A DNA stretch of 63,383 nucleotides, filler included, from Reclinomonas americana ATCC 50394 (lineage: Eukaryota), in assembly GCA_048213135.1 (NCBI GenBank). It is 15 parts of 15 records of this genome, joined end to end, with 100 filler letters (N's around TTAATTAATTAA, not from the genome) between each part and the next. Parts side by side here need not be neighbours in the genome. Positions count along the whole stretch, not along the records: positions 23,905 to 28,722 come from AFZH01022347.1; positions 28,823 to 31,436 come from AFZH01022348.1; positions 31,537 to 42,132 come from AFZH01022349.1; 12 more parts are not named here. The stretch is one strand, 5' to 3'. Of the stretch, positions 26,444 to 36,964 are shown piece after piece. The notes below the pieces were generated by a model, which saw only the letters and a list, made by a program, of their open reading frames with translations, searched no databases and was not told the DNA's origin. A program made the position numbers and the translations under genes. The stretch's first letter is position 1, and each line of letters starts with the position of its first letter.

Positions 26444-28399
26444 TTACGCTGCGGCTGCCGTCGCGCCTCTCGCCATGGCGAGGCCCACGGCCTTCTCCAG
26501 ATCGGCCTGCCAGAACGGCTTGTTCAGCCGCAGCACGCCTGCCCGCGCGCCGGCCGGCAAATCGGCATAGCCGGTCGCGAGAATGACCGGCAGCGCCGGC
26601 CAGCGCTCGCCGACCTCCGCTATGAGCTGCGCCCCGGTCATCTGCGGCATGGCGTGATCAGTGATCAGCAGGTCCACCGCTTCGCCAGCTTCAAGGAACG
26701 CCAAGGCCTCCCGAGCCGAACTGGCTTCGATAACCCGGTGGCCGAGATCCTCCAGCAGGGCCGTCGTATTCATCAGAACGAGCGCGTCGTCGTCGACAGC
26801 GAGCACCGTCAGCGTGCGCGGCGCGGCGTCGGCATCGCTCTTGTGCTCGACCGCCAGAGGCGCAGGCTCGTCGCCAGCGGACACTGCCGACACCGGCAGC
26901 CAGATCTCCGCGGTCGTGCCTTGTCCCGGGCGACTATCCAGCTGCAGGCGGCCGCCGAGCTGCTCGGCCATGCCATGCACCATCGACAGGCCGAGCCCGG
27001 TGCCCTTGCCCACGCCTTTCGTGGTGAAAAAGGGTTCGGCCGCCTGGGCCAGCGTTTTTGCGTCCATGCCAGTTCCATTATCGACCACGGAGAGACGGAC
27101 ATAGTTGCCGGCCGGCAGGCCGGTGCGGTGACCGCTGCCGACATGTTCGTTCCTGGCGCCGATGCGGAGGATGCCACCCTCGGGCATGGCGTCGCGAGCG
27201 TTGACAGCGAGATTGAGCAGGGCGGTTTCGAGCTGGTTCGGATCAGCCGAGGCCACCACGAGATCGGCTGGGAAATCCGTCTCGATCCGGATCAGCGGCC
27301 CGAGCGAGCGCTGCAGCAGATCGCCCATCTCGGCAATGAGCACGTCAACGGCGACGGGCTGCAGCGCCAGCTCCTGTTTTCGCGCGAAGGAGAGCATGCG
27401 CTGCGTCAGCGAGACCCCCCGGCTCGCCCCCTTGATCGCATTGTCGATCAGGTTGAGCTGGCGCTCGTCGCTGATCTGGCGGCGCACGAGCTCGAGGCTG
27501 CCCAGCACGGCGGTCAGCAGGTTGTTGAAATCATGCGCTACGCCGCCGGTGAGCTGGCCGAGCGCCTCGATCTTCTGCGCCTGGAACAGCGCCTCGCGCG
27601 CCGCGTCGAGCTCGGCCTGGACCTTCTGGCGCTCGGTCAGGTCGCGCGTGACCTTGGCGAAGCCGATGATCTCGCCGGCATCGCCGCGGATCGGGTCGAT
27701 GACGATGCTGGCCCAGAAGATCTCGCCGTTCTTGCGGACGCGCCAGCCCTCCCTCTCGGCGTTGCCATTGGCGATCGCAGCCTGGAGCGTCTTTTGCGGC
27801 TCGCCGCGCTCGCGATCCTCCGGCGTGTAGAACAGCGAGAAGTGTTTCCCGATGATCTCGTCCGGCGCGTAGCCCTTGATACGCTCCGCGCCGACGTTCC
27901 AGTTGGTGACGATGCCGTCGGCATCGAGCATGTAGATCGCGTAGTCCGTGACGCCCTGCACCAGCAGGCGGAATTTCTCTTCCGAGCGCCGCAGGGCCTC
28001 GTCGGCCTGTCGCCGCTCGGTCAGGTCGCGCGTCACCTTGGCGTAACCGAGCACGCGCCCGCTCGCCGGGTTGAGGATCGGGTCGATGACGACGTGGGCC
28101 CAGAAGCGCGTGCCGTCCTTGCGGACGCGCCAGCCTTCCCTCTCGAAACGGCCTTCCTCCGCGGCGATGCGCAGCGCATGTTGCGGCAGGCCGGCGGCGC
28201 GATCCTCCTCGGTGTAGAAGCGCGAGAACGACTGCCCGATGATCTCGTGATCCTCATAGCCCTTGAAACGCCGGGCGCCTGGGTTCCAGCTGATCACGAT
28301 TCCCTGCGGATCGAGCATGTAGATCGCGTAGTCCGTGACGGACTCCACCAGCAATCGATAACGCTCGGCGGTCACCGGACCTTCCGCAATCTGAAGCAC
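26444..28399 (-). CDS. PAS-PAS hybrid sensor histidine kinase/receiver
   Basis: Two PAS/PAC repeats (DYAIYMLD), H-box AHDFNNLL, NARDAM, GKGTGLGL, receiver VDDD...D...P. Confidence 0.95.
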   Translation of the reverse strand: MLQIAEGPVTAERYRLLVESVTDYAIYMLDPQGIVISWNPGARRFKGYEDHEIIGQSFSRFYTEEDRAAGLPQHALRIAAEEGRFEREGWRVRKDGTRFWAHVVIDPILNPASGRVLGYAKVTRDLTERRQADEALRRSEEKFRLLVQGVTDYAIYMLDADGIVTNWNVGAERIKGYAPDEIIGKHFSLFYTPEDRERGEPQKTLQAAIANGNAEREGWRVRKNGEIFWASIVIDPIRGDAGEIIGFAKVTRDLTERQKVQAELDAAREALFQAQKIEALGQLTGGVAHDFNNLLTAVLGSLELVRRQISDERQLNLIDNAIKGASRGVSLTQRMLSFARKQELALQPVAVDVLIAEMGDLLQRSLGPLIRIETDFPADLVVASADPNQLETALLNLAVNARDAMPEGGILRIGARNEHVGSGHRTGLPAGNYVRLSVVDNGTGMDAKTLAQAAEPFFTTKGVGKGTGLGLSMVHGMAEQLGGRLQLDSRPGQGTTAEIWLPVSAVSAGDEPAPLAVEHKSDADAAPRTLTVLAVDDDALVLMNTTALLEDLGHRVIEASSAREALAFLEAGEAVDLLITDHAMPQMTGAQLIAEVGERWPALPVILATGYADLPAGARAGVLRLNKPFWQADLEKAVGLAMARGATAAAA

Positions 28400-28436
28400 G
28401 TTTGGAACCTTGATCTATGACATGTCCAACGCGCTG

Positions 28437-28461
28437 AACGCCGCACTCCGCAGAAGGTTCC
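28437..28461 (-). promoter_or_regulatory. sigma-EcfG (general stress response)-type promoter
   Basis: GGAAC-N16-CGTT on the minus strand, about 40 nt upstream of the kinase start. Confidence 0.65.
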
Positions 28462-28490
28462 CGGTGGGACAAAGAAAAATTGCCCTAGGG

Positions 28491-28722
28491 TCAGCGACCC
28501 CGTTTCGGCGAGACCAGAATCGCGCCTGAAGCCGCGACGACGAGCACAAGGCCGAGCCAGTCGCTGGCCGCTGGCCGCTCACCGAGAAGCAGCACGGAGC
28601 CGAGTGCGCCGACGGCCGGAACCATCAGCGTCCCCAGGCTCGCGATGCCGGCCGGCAGGCGTGCGATCACGGTGAACCAGAGGAAATAGGCGAGCGCCTG
28701 GGCCCCCAAGATGTGGAAGGTC
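28491..28722 (-). CDS. DMT/EamA transporter C-terminal fragment
   Basis: LAY.LWF..I.RLPA..ASL..L..P..G......LLGE. Confidence 0.8.
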
Positions 28723-28822
28723 NNNNNNNNNNNNNNNNNNNNNNNNNNNNNNNNNNNNNNNNNNNNTTAATTAATTAANNNNNNNNNNNNNNNNNNNNNN
28801 NNNNNNNNNNNNNNNNNNNNNN

Positions 28823-29167
28823 GCCGAGCGAGACGATGAAGGCGGCGCCGGTCAGCAGCAGCGTCGCCGGCAGCCGGTCGAGGATCAGGCTCAGCACGCT
28901 CTGCTGCTGGCGGTAGCTGAAGCCGAGATCGAAGGTCAGATAGCCCGTGAGATAAACCCAGAGCTGGGTCAGCAGCGGCTGATCGAGGCCGAAGCGCTCG
29001 CGCAGCTGGATCAGCAATTGCTCATCGGCGGCGCCGGCCTCGCCGGCCAGCACCTGCGCCGGATCGCCAGGGGCGGCCCGGATCAGGAAGAAGTTCAGCA
29101 CTGCGATCGCGAAGAGGACGACGATCCCCTTCGCGAGCCGGCCGGCGAGGAATTGCGCGAGGTTCAT
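28823..29167 (-). CDS. Peptide/nickel ABC permease (DppB-like), partial
   Basis: APGDPA, FGLDQPL..Q, DLG.SY, RLPATLLL. Confidence 0.9.
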
Positions 29168-29182
29168 TCAGGCTCCGCTGGC

Positions 29183-29257
29183 GTCATTCTCGGGCGAAGC
29201 GCAGCGCAGACCCGAGAATCTCTTGCAGGAGATGCTCGGGTCAGGCCCGAGCATGAC
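29183..29257. repeat. REP-like intergenic palindromic element
   Basis: GTCATTCTCGGG...CCCGAGAATCTC and GAGATGCTCGGG...CCCGAGCATGAC form two hairpins inside a GTCAT/ATGAC stem, between the binding-protein and permease genes. Confidence 0.7.
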
Positions 29258-29276
29258 GTGACCCTGTCGGATCACG

Positions 29277-30833
29277 TCACTCCTTCCAGGCATCGCGGAA
29301 GCCGTCGTCGACGCCGATGCCGGTGGTGACGAGGTTCTTGACGTTGCAGCGATAGATCGTCGGGAAATCCATCTCGAGCAGCCAGAGCACCGGCAGTTCG
29401 TCGGCAAGGAGCTTCTGCACTTTCGTGTAGAGTTCCTGTCGCGCGCTGTCCGTCGGCGCGATCGCCGCCTCGGCGAAGAGCTTGTCGACCTCGGGATTGG
29501 AGTAGCCGCCGACATTGGCGAAGGGATTGCCCTTGGCGATGTTGCTGGTGATGTAGCTGCGCGCCACGCCCATGGCGGGGTCGCCGAGCTGGTAGAGGAA
29601 GTTGAAGTTGAGGTCGAAGTCCCAGTTGCTCGCTTTCTGTGTCCAGCCGGGCACGTCGGTGTTCTCGACCTGGACCTTGACGCCGACATCCTCGAGGTTC
29701 TGCTTGATCGCCTCGGTCCAGCGCGTCCAGGTCTCGCCATAGGGCAGGTTGAGCAGGCGGATCGTCTCGCCCTTGTAGCCGGACGCCTTGATCAGCTCCT
29801 TCGCCTTCTTCGGGTCGAAGGCGTATTTCGGCACGTCGTCCGAATAGAACTTGGTCTTCGACGAGATCGGGCCCGTGGGCAGCTTGCCGAGCCCGCCCCA
29901 GACCACCTCGCGGCCGAATTCGCGGTCGATCGCGTACATCAGCCCCTGGCGGAACTGCTTGTTCCCCAAAATGCCGTTGCGGACGTTCGGGGTGAGCCAG
30001 GCATGGGGGGCGAACATCTCCCAGCCCTTGGTGGTCATGCAGGTGTTGGGGAGCTTTGCGAGGCGGGCGACGTCGTAGACGTCGACCGAGCCGCCGGTCA
30101 GCACGTCGACCTTGCCGGTCTCGTAGGCGACGGCGCGCGCCGCCGCGTCGGGGATGATCTGCCAGTAGATCTCGTCGAGGTTCGGCTTGCCTTTCAGCCA
30201 GTAGTTCTCGTTCTTGACGAGGTGGATATAGGAACCCTTCTTCCACTCCTTCAGCTTGAACGGGCCGGTGCCGATCGGCGTGTTGTTGGCCGGGTTGGCG
30301 CGGTAATCGGTGCCGTCATAGATGTGCTTGGGGATCATCGGCGCGGAGGCGACCTCCTGCGTCATGATCATCGGGCCGAAGGGCTGCTTCAGCGTGATCT
30401 TCACGGTGAGATCGTCGACCTTCTCGATCTTGTCGACCTGGGCGTTGACGATCGGGCGCCAGCGCGGATGGACCTCGCGCAGGAACTTGTCGAGGGTGAA
30501 GACGACGTCGTCGGCGGTGAACGGCTTACCGTCATGCCAGGTCACGCCCTCCTGCAGCTTGAAGGTGTAGACCTTGGCGTCCGGCGAGATCTCCCAGCTC
30601 TTGGCCAGCGAGGGCTGCGGCTCGAGCTTCTCGTTATAGCGCAGCAGCGACTCGTAGATGTTGCCTGCGACCATGTTGGTCGGGCCGTTCTGGTTGAGCC
30701 CCTGCATCAGCATCGGCGGCTCTGGCTGGACGACGACATGGACAGTGCCGCCCTTCTTCGGCTCCTGCGCCTGCGCCACGCCGAGCGCCAGGACGGAGGC
30801 GGCGAGCGCCAGGCCAAATCTCAATCCGGTCAT
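29277..30833 (-). CDS. Peptide ABC transporter substrate-binding protein (family 5)
   Basis: Signal peptide, PSLAKSWEIS.D...YTFKL..GV.WHDG.PFTADDV, PIGTGPF. Confidence 0.95.
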   Translation of the reverse strand: MTGLRFGLALAASVLALGVAQAQEPKKGGTVHVVVQPEPPMLMQGLNQNGPTNMVAGNIYESLLRYNEKLEPQPSLAKSWEISPDAKVYTFKLQEGVTWHDGKPFTADDVVFTLDKFLREVHPRWRPIVNAQVDKIEKVDDLTVKITLKQPFGPMIMTQEVASAPMIPKHIYDGTDYRANPANNTPIGTGPFKLKEWKKGSYIHLVKNENYWLKGKPNLDEIYWQIIPDAAARAVAYETGKVDVLTGGSVDVYDVARLAKLPNTCMTTKGWEMFAPHAWLTPNVRNGILGNKQFRQGLMYAIDREFGREVVWGGLGKLPTGPISSKTKFYSDDVPKYAFDPKKAKELIKASGYKGETIRLLNLPYGETWTRWTEAIKQNLEDVGVKVQVENTDVPGWTQKASNWDFDLNFNFLYQLGDPAMGVARSYITSNIAKGNPFANVGGYSNPEVDKLFAEAAIAPTDSARQELYTKVQKLLADELPVLWLLEMDFPTIYRCNVKNLVTTGIGVDDGFRDAWKE

Positions 30834-30939
30834 CGTCGTTCTCCCCCGTTCGTTCATTGGCAGCCGGTTCGGGCGGATCGCACCCGATCGGGCGCCCGTT
30901 GGCAAGCTCGGGAGCCATGAAAGCGAGAGACAAAATCCG

Positions 30940-30977
30940 TGTCAAGGATTGACATGGCGTGTTATTAGGCGACACGC
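30940..30977. promoter_or_regulatory. Divergent promoter region with inverted repeats (candidate IclR operator)
   Basis: TGTCAA-N3-TTGACA back-to-back -35-like hexamers and an imperfect inverted repeat GCGTGTT...CGACACGC. Confidence 0.4.
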
Positions 30978-30990
30978 TCAGCAAACGACC

Positions 30991-31436
30991 ATGGCGCGCG
31001 CTTCACTTGCAATGAACCGGAAAGACAAGGACAGGGCCGCGCAATTGCCGCCGGGCGTACCGGTCGTCCGCGCCGTCGACCGCGCGATTGCTTTGCTCAG
31101 GGCCTTCCGCCCGGAGCACCCGCGGCTCGGCCTCAGCGAACTGGCGCGGCAGGTCGGGCTCGACAAGGGCACGACGCGGCGCCTGCTGCTGACGCTGCAG
31201 CTCAACGAACTCGTCGAATATGACGAGCATTCGCAGAGCTATGCGCTCGCCGTGGGGCTGATCGAGCTCGGCAGCGCCGTGACCACCGGCCGCGAACTGC
31301 GCGACATCGCCGGTCCCTACCTCACCGAGATCGCTGAGAAGACCGGCGCCACCGCCTTCATCTGGGTCCATATCGCCGGGCGCGGCCTTTGCGTCGATCG
31401 CGTCCGCGCCTCGCTGCCGCATGTCGATGCGACCTG
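30991..31436 (+). CDS. IclR family transcriptional regulator, partial
   Basis: VRAVDRAIALL...LGLSELARQVGLDKGTTRRLL.TL. Confidence 0.9.
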
Positions 31437-31536
31437 NNNNNNNNNNNNNNNNNNNNNNNNNNNNNNNNNNNNNNNNNNNNTTAATTAATTAANNNNNNNN
31501 NNNNNNNNNNNNNNNNNNNNNNNNNNNNNNNNNNNN

Positions 31537-31724
31537 CCCTTCTCGTAATCCTCCGAGAGCCGCGCCGTGTAGCCGGCGATGACGCCGCGGCGCTCCAGGC
31601 GCTCGATCCGGCTCTGCACCGTCGTGCGCGACAGCCCGAGCTTGCGGCCGAGCTCGGCCACCGGCGCGCGGGCGTTCTCGGTGAGCAGGGTCAGGAGATG
31701 GCGATCAGTCTGGTCTGTCGGCAT
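31537..31724 (-). CDS. Lrp/AsnC family regulator, partial
   Basis: D..DR.LL.LL.ENAR....ELGRKLGLSRTTVQSRIERLE..GVI.GY. Confidence 0.92.
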
Positions 31725-31843
31725 AATGACGAGAGCTTACGGCGTTCTGCTGAAAATTCCCATATGAATCGTCGCGTCGCTCGCTTCTAACCGACGAGCC
31801 ATTCGGTGACTCTGTTCCCAGACACAGATTCATCGGGGGAACC

Positions 31844-32971
31844 ATGAAAAACGTGGTCGTCATCGGCGCCGGCAAGATCGGCGCAACCATCGCCGACCTG
31901 CTCGGCGCTACCGGGGATTACCGCGTGGTGATCGCCGACCGCTCCAACGAACAGCTCGCCGCGATCAAGACCAGCTCAACGATTTCGACCCGCCGGGTCG
32001 ACATCACCGACGAGGCCGAGCTGGCAGAGGTGCTGAATGGAGCCTTCGCCGTGCTCTCGGCCGCTCCCTACGACCTGACGACGCGCATCGCCGAAGCTGC
32101 CGCGGCACAGGGCGTGCACTATCTCGACCTGACCGAGGACGTCGCCTCGACGCGCCGCGTCAAGGAGCTGGCGCTGACCGCCAAGGCGGCGCTGATCCCG
32201 CAATGCGGGCTGGCGCCGGGATTCATCTCGATCGTCGCCGCCGATCTCGCCCGCGACTTCGACCAGCTCGACAGCCTCAAGCTGCGCGTCGGCGCGCTGC
32301 CGCAATATCCGTCGAACGCGCTGAACTACAACCTGACCTGGAGCACGGACGGGGTCATCAACGAGTACTGCGAGCCCTGCGAAGCCGTCGTCAACGGCGA
32401 GCGCGTGCTGGTACCGGCGATGGAGGAGCGCGAGGAATTCTCGCTCGACGGCGTCACCTACGAGGCCTTCAACACCTCCGGCGGGCTCGGCACGCTCTGC
32501 GACACGCTCGCCGGCAAGGTGCGCACGCTGAACTACCGCACCATCCGCTATCCCGGCCATTGCGCGATCATGAAGGCGCTGCTGCAGGACCTGCGCCTCT
32601 CAGAGCGCCGCGACGTGCTGAAGGACATCTTCGAGAACGCCCTGCCGAGCACGCTGCAGGACGTGGTCGTGATCTTCGTCACCGCCAGTGGCCGGATGAA
32701 TGGTCGGCTGACCCAGCAGACCTATGCCAACAAGGTCTACAGCGCCGTGGTCGGCGGCGTGATGCGCAGCGCCATCCAGATCACCACGGCCTCGGGCATC
32801 TGCGCGGTGCTCGACCTGCTGGCAGAGGGGAAGCTGCCGCAGAAGGGCTTCGTCAAGCAGGAAGACATCGGCTTCGATGCCTTCCTCGCCAACCGCTTCG
32901 GCCGCGCCTATGCCCGCCCCGAGGATCTCGGCCACGCCCCCGGCGAGACCCACGCGGCCCGCGCCGCCTGA
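31844..32971 (+). CDS. Saccharopine dehydrogenase family protein (lysine 6-dehydrogenase-like)
   Basis: GAGKIG, YLDLTED, CGLAPG, YNLTWS.DG.INEY, EAFNTSGG, YRTIRYPGH. Confidence 0.92.
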   Translation: MKNVVVIGAGKIGATIADLLGATGDYRVVIADRSNEQLAAIKTSSTISTRRVDITDEAELAEVLNGAFAVLSAAPYDLTTRIAEAAAAQGVHYLDLTEDVASTRRVKELALTAKAALIPQCGLAPGFISIVAADLARDFDQLDSLKLRVGALPQYPSNALNYNLTWSTDGVINEYCEPCEAVVNGERVLVPAMEEREEFSLDGVTYEAFNTSGGLGTLCDTLAGKVRTLNYRTIRYPGHCAIMKALLQDLRLSERRDVLKDIFENALPSTLQDVVVIFVTASGRMNGRLTQQTYANKVYSAVVGGVMRSAIQITTASGICAVLDLLAEGKLPQKGFVKQEDIGFDAFLANRFGRAYARPEDLGHAPGETHAARAA

Positions 32972-33116
32972 GCCGGCCCAAGCATATTCGCCCCTGCCCC
33001 GCAAGCGGGCCGAAGTCCGGGGGCGCATGAACAGGTCCGGGCTGGCAAACGCCCGGGCCCAGGTTACAAAACAAAAAATGGTTCCATAGGGAACGTTTCG
33101 GGGAAACGATCGCACG

Positions 33117-33614
33117 ATGGCCAAGCGCGTCCTGATCGCGGAATTCATGCATGAGACGAACACCTTCAGTGTTCAGCTCACCGACGAGGCGGTGTTCCGT
33201 CATCACGGTGTCTTCCGCGACAACGAGGTGCCGGCCGCCTTCCAGGGCACGCGGACCTCGATGGGCGCCGCCTTCGAGGCGGCCGAAAAGTTCGGCTGGA
33301 GTCTCGTCCACCCGCTCGTCACCGGAGCCAACCCGTCGGGCCGCGTCACCGACGCGGCCTTCGACATCTTCGCCGGGATGATCCTTGCCGCTTGCGAGCG
33401 GCTCGACGGCGTCCTGCTGCATCTGCACGGCGCGATGGCGACCGAAAGCTCGGATGACGGCGAAGGCGAGTTGCTGCAGCGCATCCGCGCCAAGGTCGGC
33501 CCCGAAGTGCCGGTCGTCGCGATCCTCGACCTCCACGCGACGCTGACGCAAGCAATGGCCGACCACGCCAATGCACTGATCTCTGTGGGGAAAGGCGAAG
33601 TTTGCCGCAGTTAA
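33117..33614 (+). pseudogene. M81/MlrC family metallopeptidase, truncated at an island boundary
   Basis: HETNTF, LHGAM, DGEG, LDLHA present; similarity and high-GC3 codon style stop abruptly at about 33583 (165 aa, far shorter than typical). Confidence 0.85.
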
Positions 33615-34200
33615 AGATAGCGAACGCGATCCTGGTGGTACGCGCCGGCATCTGCCTAGAATGAAAGACCTGCGGATTGACGCCGCGAAGGACCGATTTT
33701 CCCTTCCCTGGTCTTGAAAATCGAGGCATAGTGTTTCCGCGATTGCAGGTTGAGTTCCGCAATTCGAATGGGCGCCCGACAATGTCGGGCGCCTTTCGTT
33801 ATTGGGTTCCGTCGGATCATTGTCCGGTGTGCGGCGGGCGGATTGATGGAATGCCCGACTCTGATTAGAGCGCCATTGAAATTCATGGCATGCGATCCCC
33901 GTTGATTTGATCATCCAGGACGCTCGTGAGGGATGGTCAATTGTGGCTCGAAAGCCTGTCATTCCAGGACAGAACTGGGTGCCTCCTCGAGAAGTATCGG
34001 CGCGCAATCCCGACAAGCAAACGGCTTCGCAACCTCGCAAATTGAGTGAGACTGAAGAAGTCGAGCTGAAGCGCGAACTGAGCCGACTCCGCGATCGCTT
34101 GAGGGATATCCGAGCAGAGCCGAATACGGATCCAAACAGGCGCCGGCGACGAGTCCAGCACTGAACCGCCCCGGCTTCGCCGGAGGCCGTTTGGTTTGAG

Positions 34201-35106
34201 TCAGGCTGCGATGGCTGGCTCGTCCAGCATCGCGTAATAGCGTTCCTCGGCTTCGGCCGGTGGGATGTTGCCGATGGGCTCCAGCAGCCGGCGATGGTTG
34301 AACCAGTCGGCCCAGGTCAGGGTCGCGAACTCCACGGCTTCGAAGGATCGCCATGGCCCGCGCCGATGGATCAGCTCGGCTTTGTAGAGTCCGTTGATCG
34401 TCTCGGCGAGAGCGTTGTCATAGCTGTCGCCCACACTGCCGACGGAGGGCTCGATGCCCGCTTCGGCCAGGCGCTCGGTGTAGCGGATGCTGACATACTG
34501 CGAACCGCGATCCGAATGATGCACCAGCCCACCGCGGTGCACAGGTCGGCGCTCGTGCAGGGCCTGCTCCAACGCGTCGAGCACGAAGCTCGCATGGGCC
34601 GTCCGCGACACCCTCCAACCGACGATCCGGCGAGCATAGGCATCGATCACGAAGGCGACGTAGACGAAGCCCGACCAGGTGCTGACATAGGTGAAATCCG
34701 AGACCCACAGCATGTTCGGCGCCGGCGCGTGGAACACCCGGTTGACATGGTCCAGCGGGCACGGGGCGGCCTTGTCCTGGACGGTCGTGCGGATCGGCTT
34801 GCCGCGAATGACGCCTTGCAGACCGAGATCAGCCATCAGGCGTTCGACCGTGCAGCGGGCGACGTCGAACCCCTCGCGCAACATCTGCCGCCAGACCTTG
34901 CGCGCGCCGTAGACCTCGAAGTTCTCGCCGAACACACGCTCGATCTGAGGCTTCAGCTCCAGGTCTCGCTTCGCCCGAGCCGAGAGCTTCCCCGGATCGG
35001 TCCGCTTGGCGACATGCTCATGATAGGTTGACGGGGCGATCGGCAACACCTTGCAGATCGGCTCGACCCCATGGGCCCCGCGGTGGTCGTCGATGAAGCC
35101 GATCAT
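34201..35106 (-). CDS. IS3 transposase OrfB (DDE/rve)
   Basis: [30 protein letters not shown]. Confidence 0.95.
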   Translation of the reverse strand: MIGFIDDHRGAHGVEPICKVLPIAPSTYHEHVAKRTDPGKLSARAKRDLELKPQIERVFGENFEVYGARKVWRQMLREGFDVARCTVERLMADLGLQGVIRGKPIRTTVQDKAAPCPLDHVNRVFHAPAPNMLWVSDFTYVSTWSGFVYVAFVIDAYARRIVGWRVSRTAHASFVLDALEQALHERRPVHRGGLVHHSDRGSQYVSIRYTERLAEAGIEPSVGSVGDSYDNALAETINGLYKAELIHRRGPWRSFEAVEFATLTWADWFNHRRLLEPIGNIPPAEAEERYYAMLDEPAIAA

Positions 35107-35432
35107 GACCGGTGTCGGCGGTCGAGCTCCGCCTGGGCAAAATACGCCGATGCCTTGCGCAGGATCTCATTGGCTTGCCGAAGCTCCCGGTTCTCGCGTT
35201 CGAGAGCCTTGAGCCTGGCCGCCATGTCCGTCGTCAGCCCGGGCTTGCGGCCGCTGTCGACCTCGGCCTTCTTCACCCACTCGTTCAGCGTCTGCGCCGT
35301 GCAGCCGATTTTGCCCGAAATCGACATGATCGCCGCCCAGCGCGACGGATGCTCGGCCTCGTGATCCAGCACCATCCGCACCGCGCGGGCACGCACCTCA
35401 GGCGAGAACTTGTTCGTCGTCTTGCTCGTCAT
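35103..35432 (-). CDS. IS3 transposase OrfA
   Basis: [39 protein letters not shown] zipper. Confidence 0.95.
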   Translation of the reverse strand: MTSKTTNKFSPEVRARAVRMVLDHEAEHPSRWAAIMSISGKIGCTAQTLNEWVKKAEVDSGRKPGLTTDMAARLKALERENRELRQANEILRKASAYFAQAELDRRHRS

Positions 35433-35513
35433 AGCCCCATCCTCTCAGGAGTTGGGGCCTCCGACAAACCCGGGGCGGTTCACTTCCGACAAGTTCGCGG
35501 TACCGGCGTGACG

Positions 35514-36239
35514 ATGTCTTCTGCTTGGCTTTCGGCCTTCCCAATTCAGCCCGCAACCGAGGCCGTCGAGGCACTCTGCGATGCATGGCGCGATCTCGCC
35601 CAACAGCCGCGCAAGGAATTTCACCCGAAATCCAAAGAGCCTGCACTGACAAAGCGGCTGAGAATGTACGTCGAGACGCATACAGCCCGAAAGCGGGGCC
35701 TCCTTGGCATGTGGGCCGCTGAGGACAATTTCGGGGTCATCGATCCTGACACTGCCGAAATCATTGAGGAGCGCCGAACCGACATCGTCTACGGTTGGAA
35801 CGATAGCTCCCGGGAATTGAAGCTGGTGTTCGAGTTCAAGCGTATCGGCCGCCAAAAGAGTCATCGCGATCACTACCTCGGCCAAAGCGGGCTTGGGCGC
35901 TTTGTGACCGGCATCTACAGCCGCCATCAGGCCGTGGCAGCCATGGTCGGCATTTTGCTCGATCCCAAACCTGACGTTGTTCCGCCGATCCGAAAAGCGT
36001 TAGGCAATTCAGTCCTCGCAACGTCATTGAAGTTGCGGCCTACAACAGCGGGGTCACCGTTCGAGGAGCCTTCAGTACTTTTTGCCGCCGCCGATTTTGA
36101 CACCGAACACGATCGCGATCCATCGTTGGCCCCGACGCATGGACACATTCGCGTCGCGCATTTCTTCTTCGAATTTGGATACGAACTACCCAAAAAGGAA
36201 AAGGCAAAGAAAGCACTGCAGTCGAAGTCAGGAGCCTAA
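35514..36239 (+). CDS. Hypothetical protein, probable PD-(D/E)XK nuclease fold
   Basis: RTDI...LVFEFK motif, Y.G..G..RF..G.Y; 241 aa from ATG 35514. Confidence 0.55.
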   Translation: MSSAWLSAFPIQPATEAVEALCDAWRDLAQQPRKEFHPKSKEPALTKRLRMYVETHTARKRGLLGMWAAEDNFGVIDPDTAEIIEERRTDIVYGWNDSSRELKLVFEFKRIGRQKSHRDHYLGQSGLGRFVTGIYSRHQAVAAMVGILLDPKPDVVPPIRKALGNSVLATSLKLRPTTAGSPFEEPSVLFAAADFDTEHDRDPSLAPTHGHIRVAHFFFEFGYELPKKEKAKKALQSKSGA

Positions 36240-36474
36240 TTCGCCGAAGGCAACATGCCGCTCCGTTTTCGCACCTAGCCATGTCGTCCATTCGGCCGAC
36301 GCTGCTGTGGAAACCTAACTTGGTGATTTAACCGGTCTTCCACTGGACGTTCTGCCTACATATTTTACCGATCGGCGTTTGACTTGATTGCAGCGCGGAT
36401 CTTAACACATATTCCTATTCTCGCTCGCAATCACCTCTCCTATGATCTTGAGAACATGAGCCGGCGGGGAAATT

Positions 36475-36964
36475 ATGAAAACCGATGCTCTATTACGTAA
36501 AGCTCCGCCCGATCTCCCCTCGGCATTACGACAGATTGTCGACTACCGAAAAAGCGGCTTGAGCCTCAACCATATCGTCGGCTGCCCGCTCGATTGCGGA
36601 TACTGCGTCCGACACCTCTTTGCGAACTTCGAAATGAAGAAACCGCATCTCGTCCTCGACGATGACGCGGCAGTGCGCGAACTGGTCGAGCATTGGGCCT
36701 TTCGGAAAGACATCACCCCAATTCAATTGCTCAACCGTGCTACCGATCCCTTCCTTCCCGGCGTGAAGGATCACCTCATCCGTACCCTGGAAATTCTTGA
36801 TGGCAAGGGACTGCGAAACCCGGTGCTGGTCATCACGCGATGGCGTGTGGAGCCCGACGATATACAGCGTCTCGAACGCCTTTCGAACATCAAGCTAACC
36901 ATCCTGGTGACCTGGTCCGGGATCGACGACACAAGGTTGGAGCCCGTCGAGAGCAGCATCGCCG
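36475..36964 (+). pseudogene. Radical SAM protein, C-terminally deleted
   Basis: GCPLDCGYC (CxxxCxxC), ATDPF, VITRW; frame degenerates after SSIA. Confidence 0.8.

Larger units (their letters stand above)
34162..35482 (-). mobile_element. IS3-family insertion sequence, 1321 bp
   Basis: Terminal inverted repeats TGAACCGCCCCGG / CCGGGGCGGTTCA, orfA and orfB with ATGA overlap; no target duplication visible. Confidence 0.95.

Noticed and set aside
23981..30920. Long antisense ORFs (457, 341, 588 and 305 aa)
   Set aside because: Shadow frames of high-GC genes on the opposite strand, with no motifs
35112..36239. 375-aa ORF starting inside the IS
   Set aside because: The first 134 codons are mostly the antisense of orfA and the IS end; the real start is probably ATG 35514
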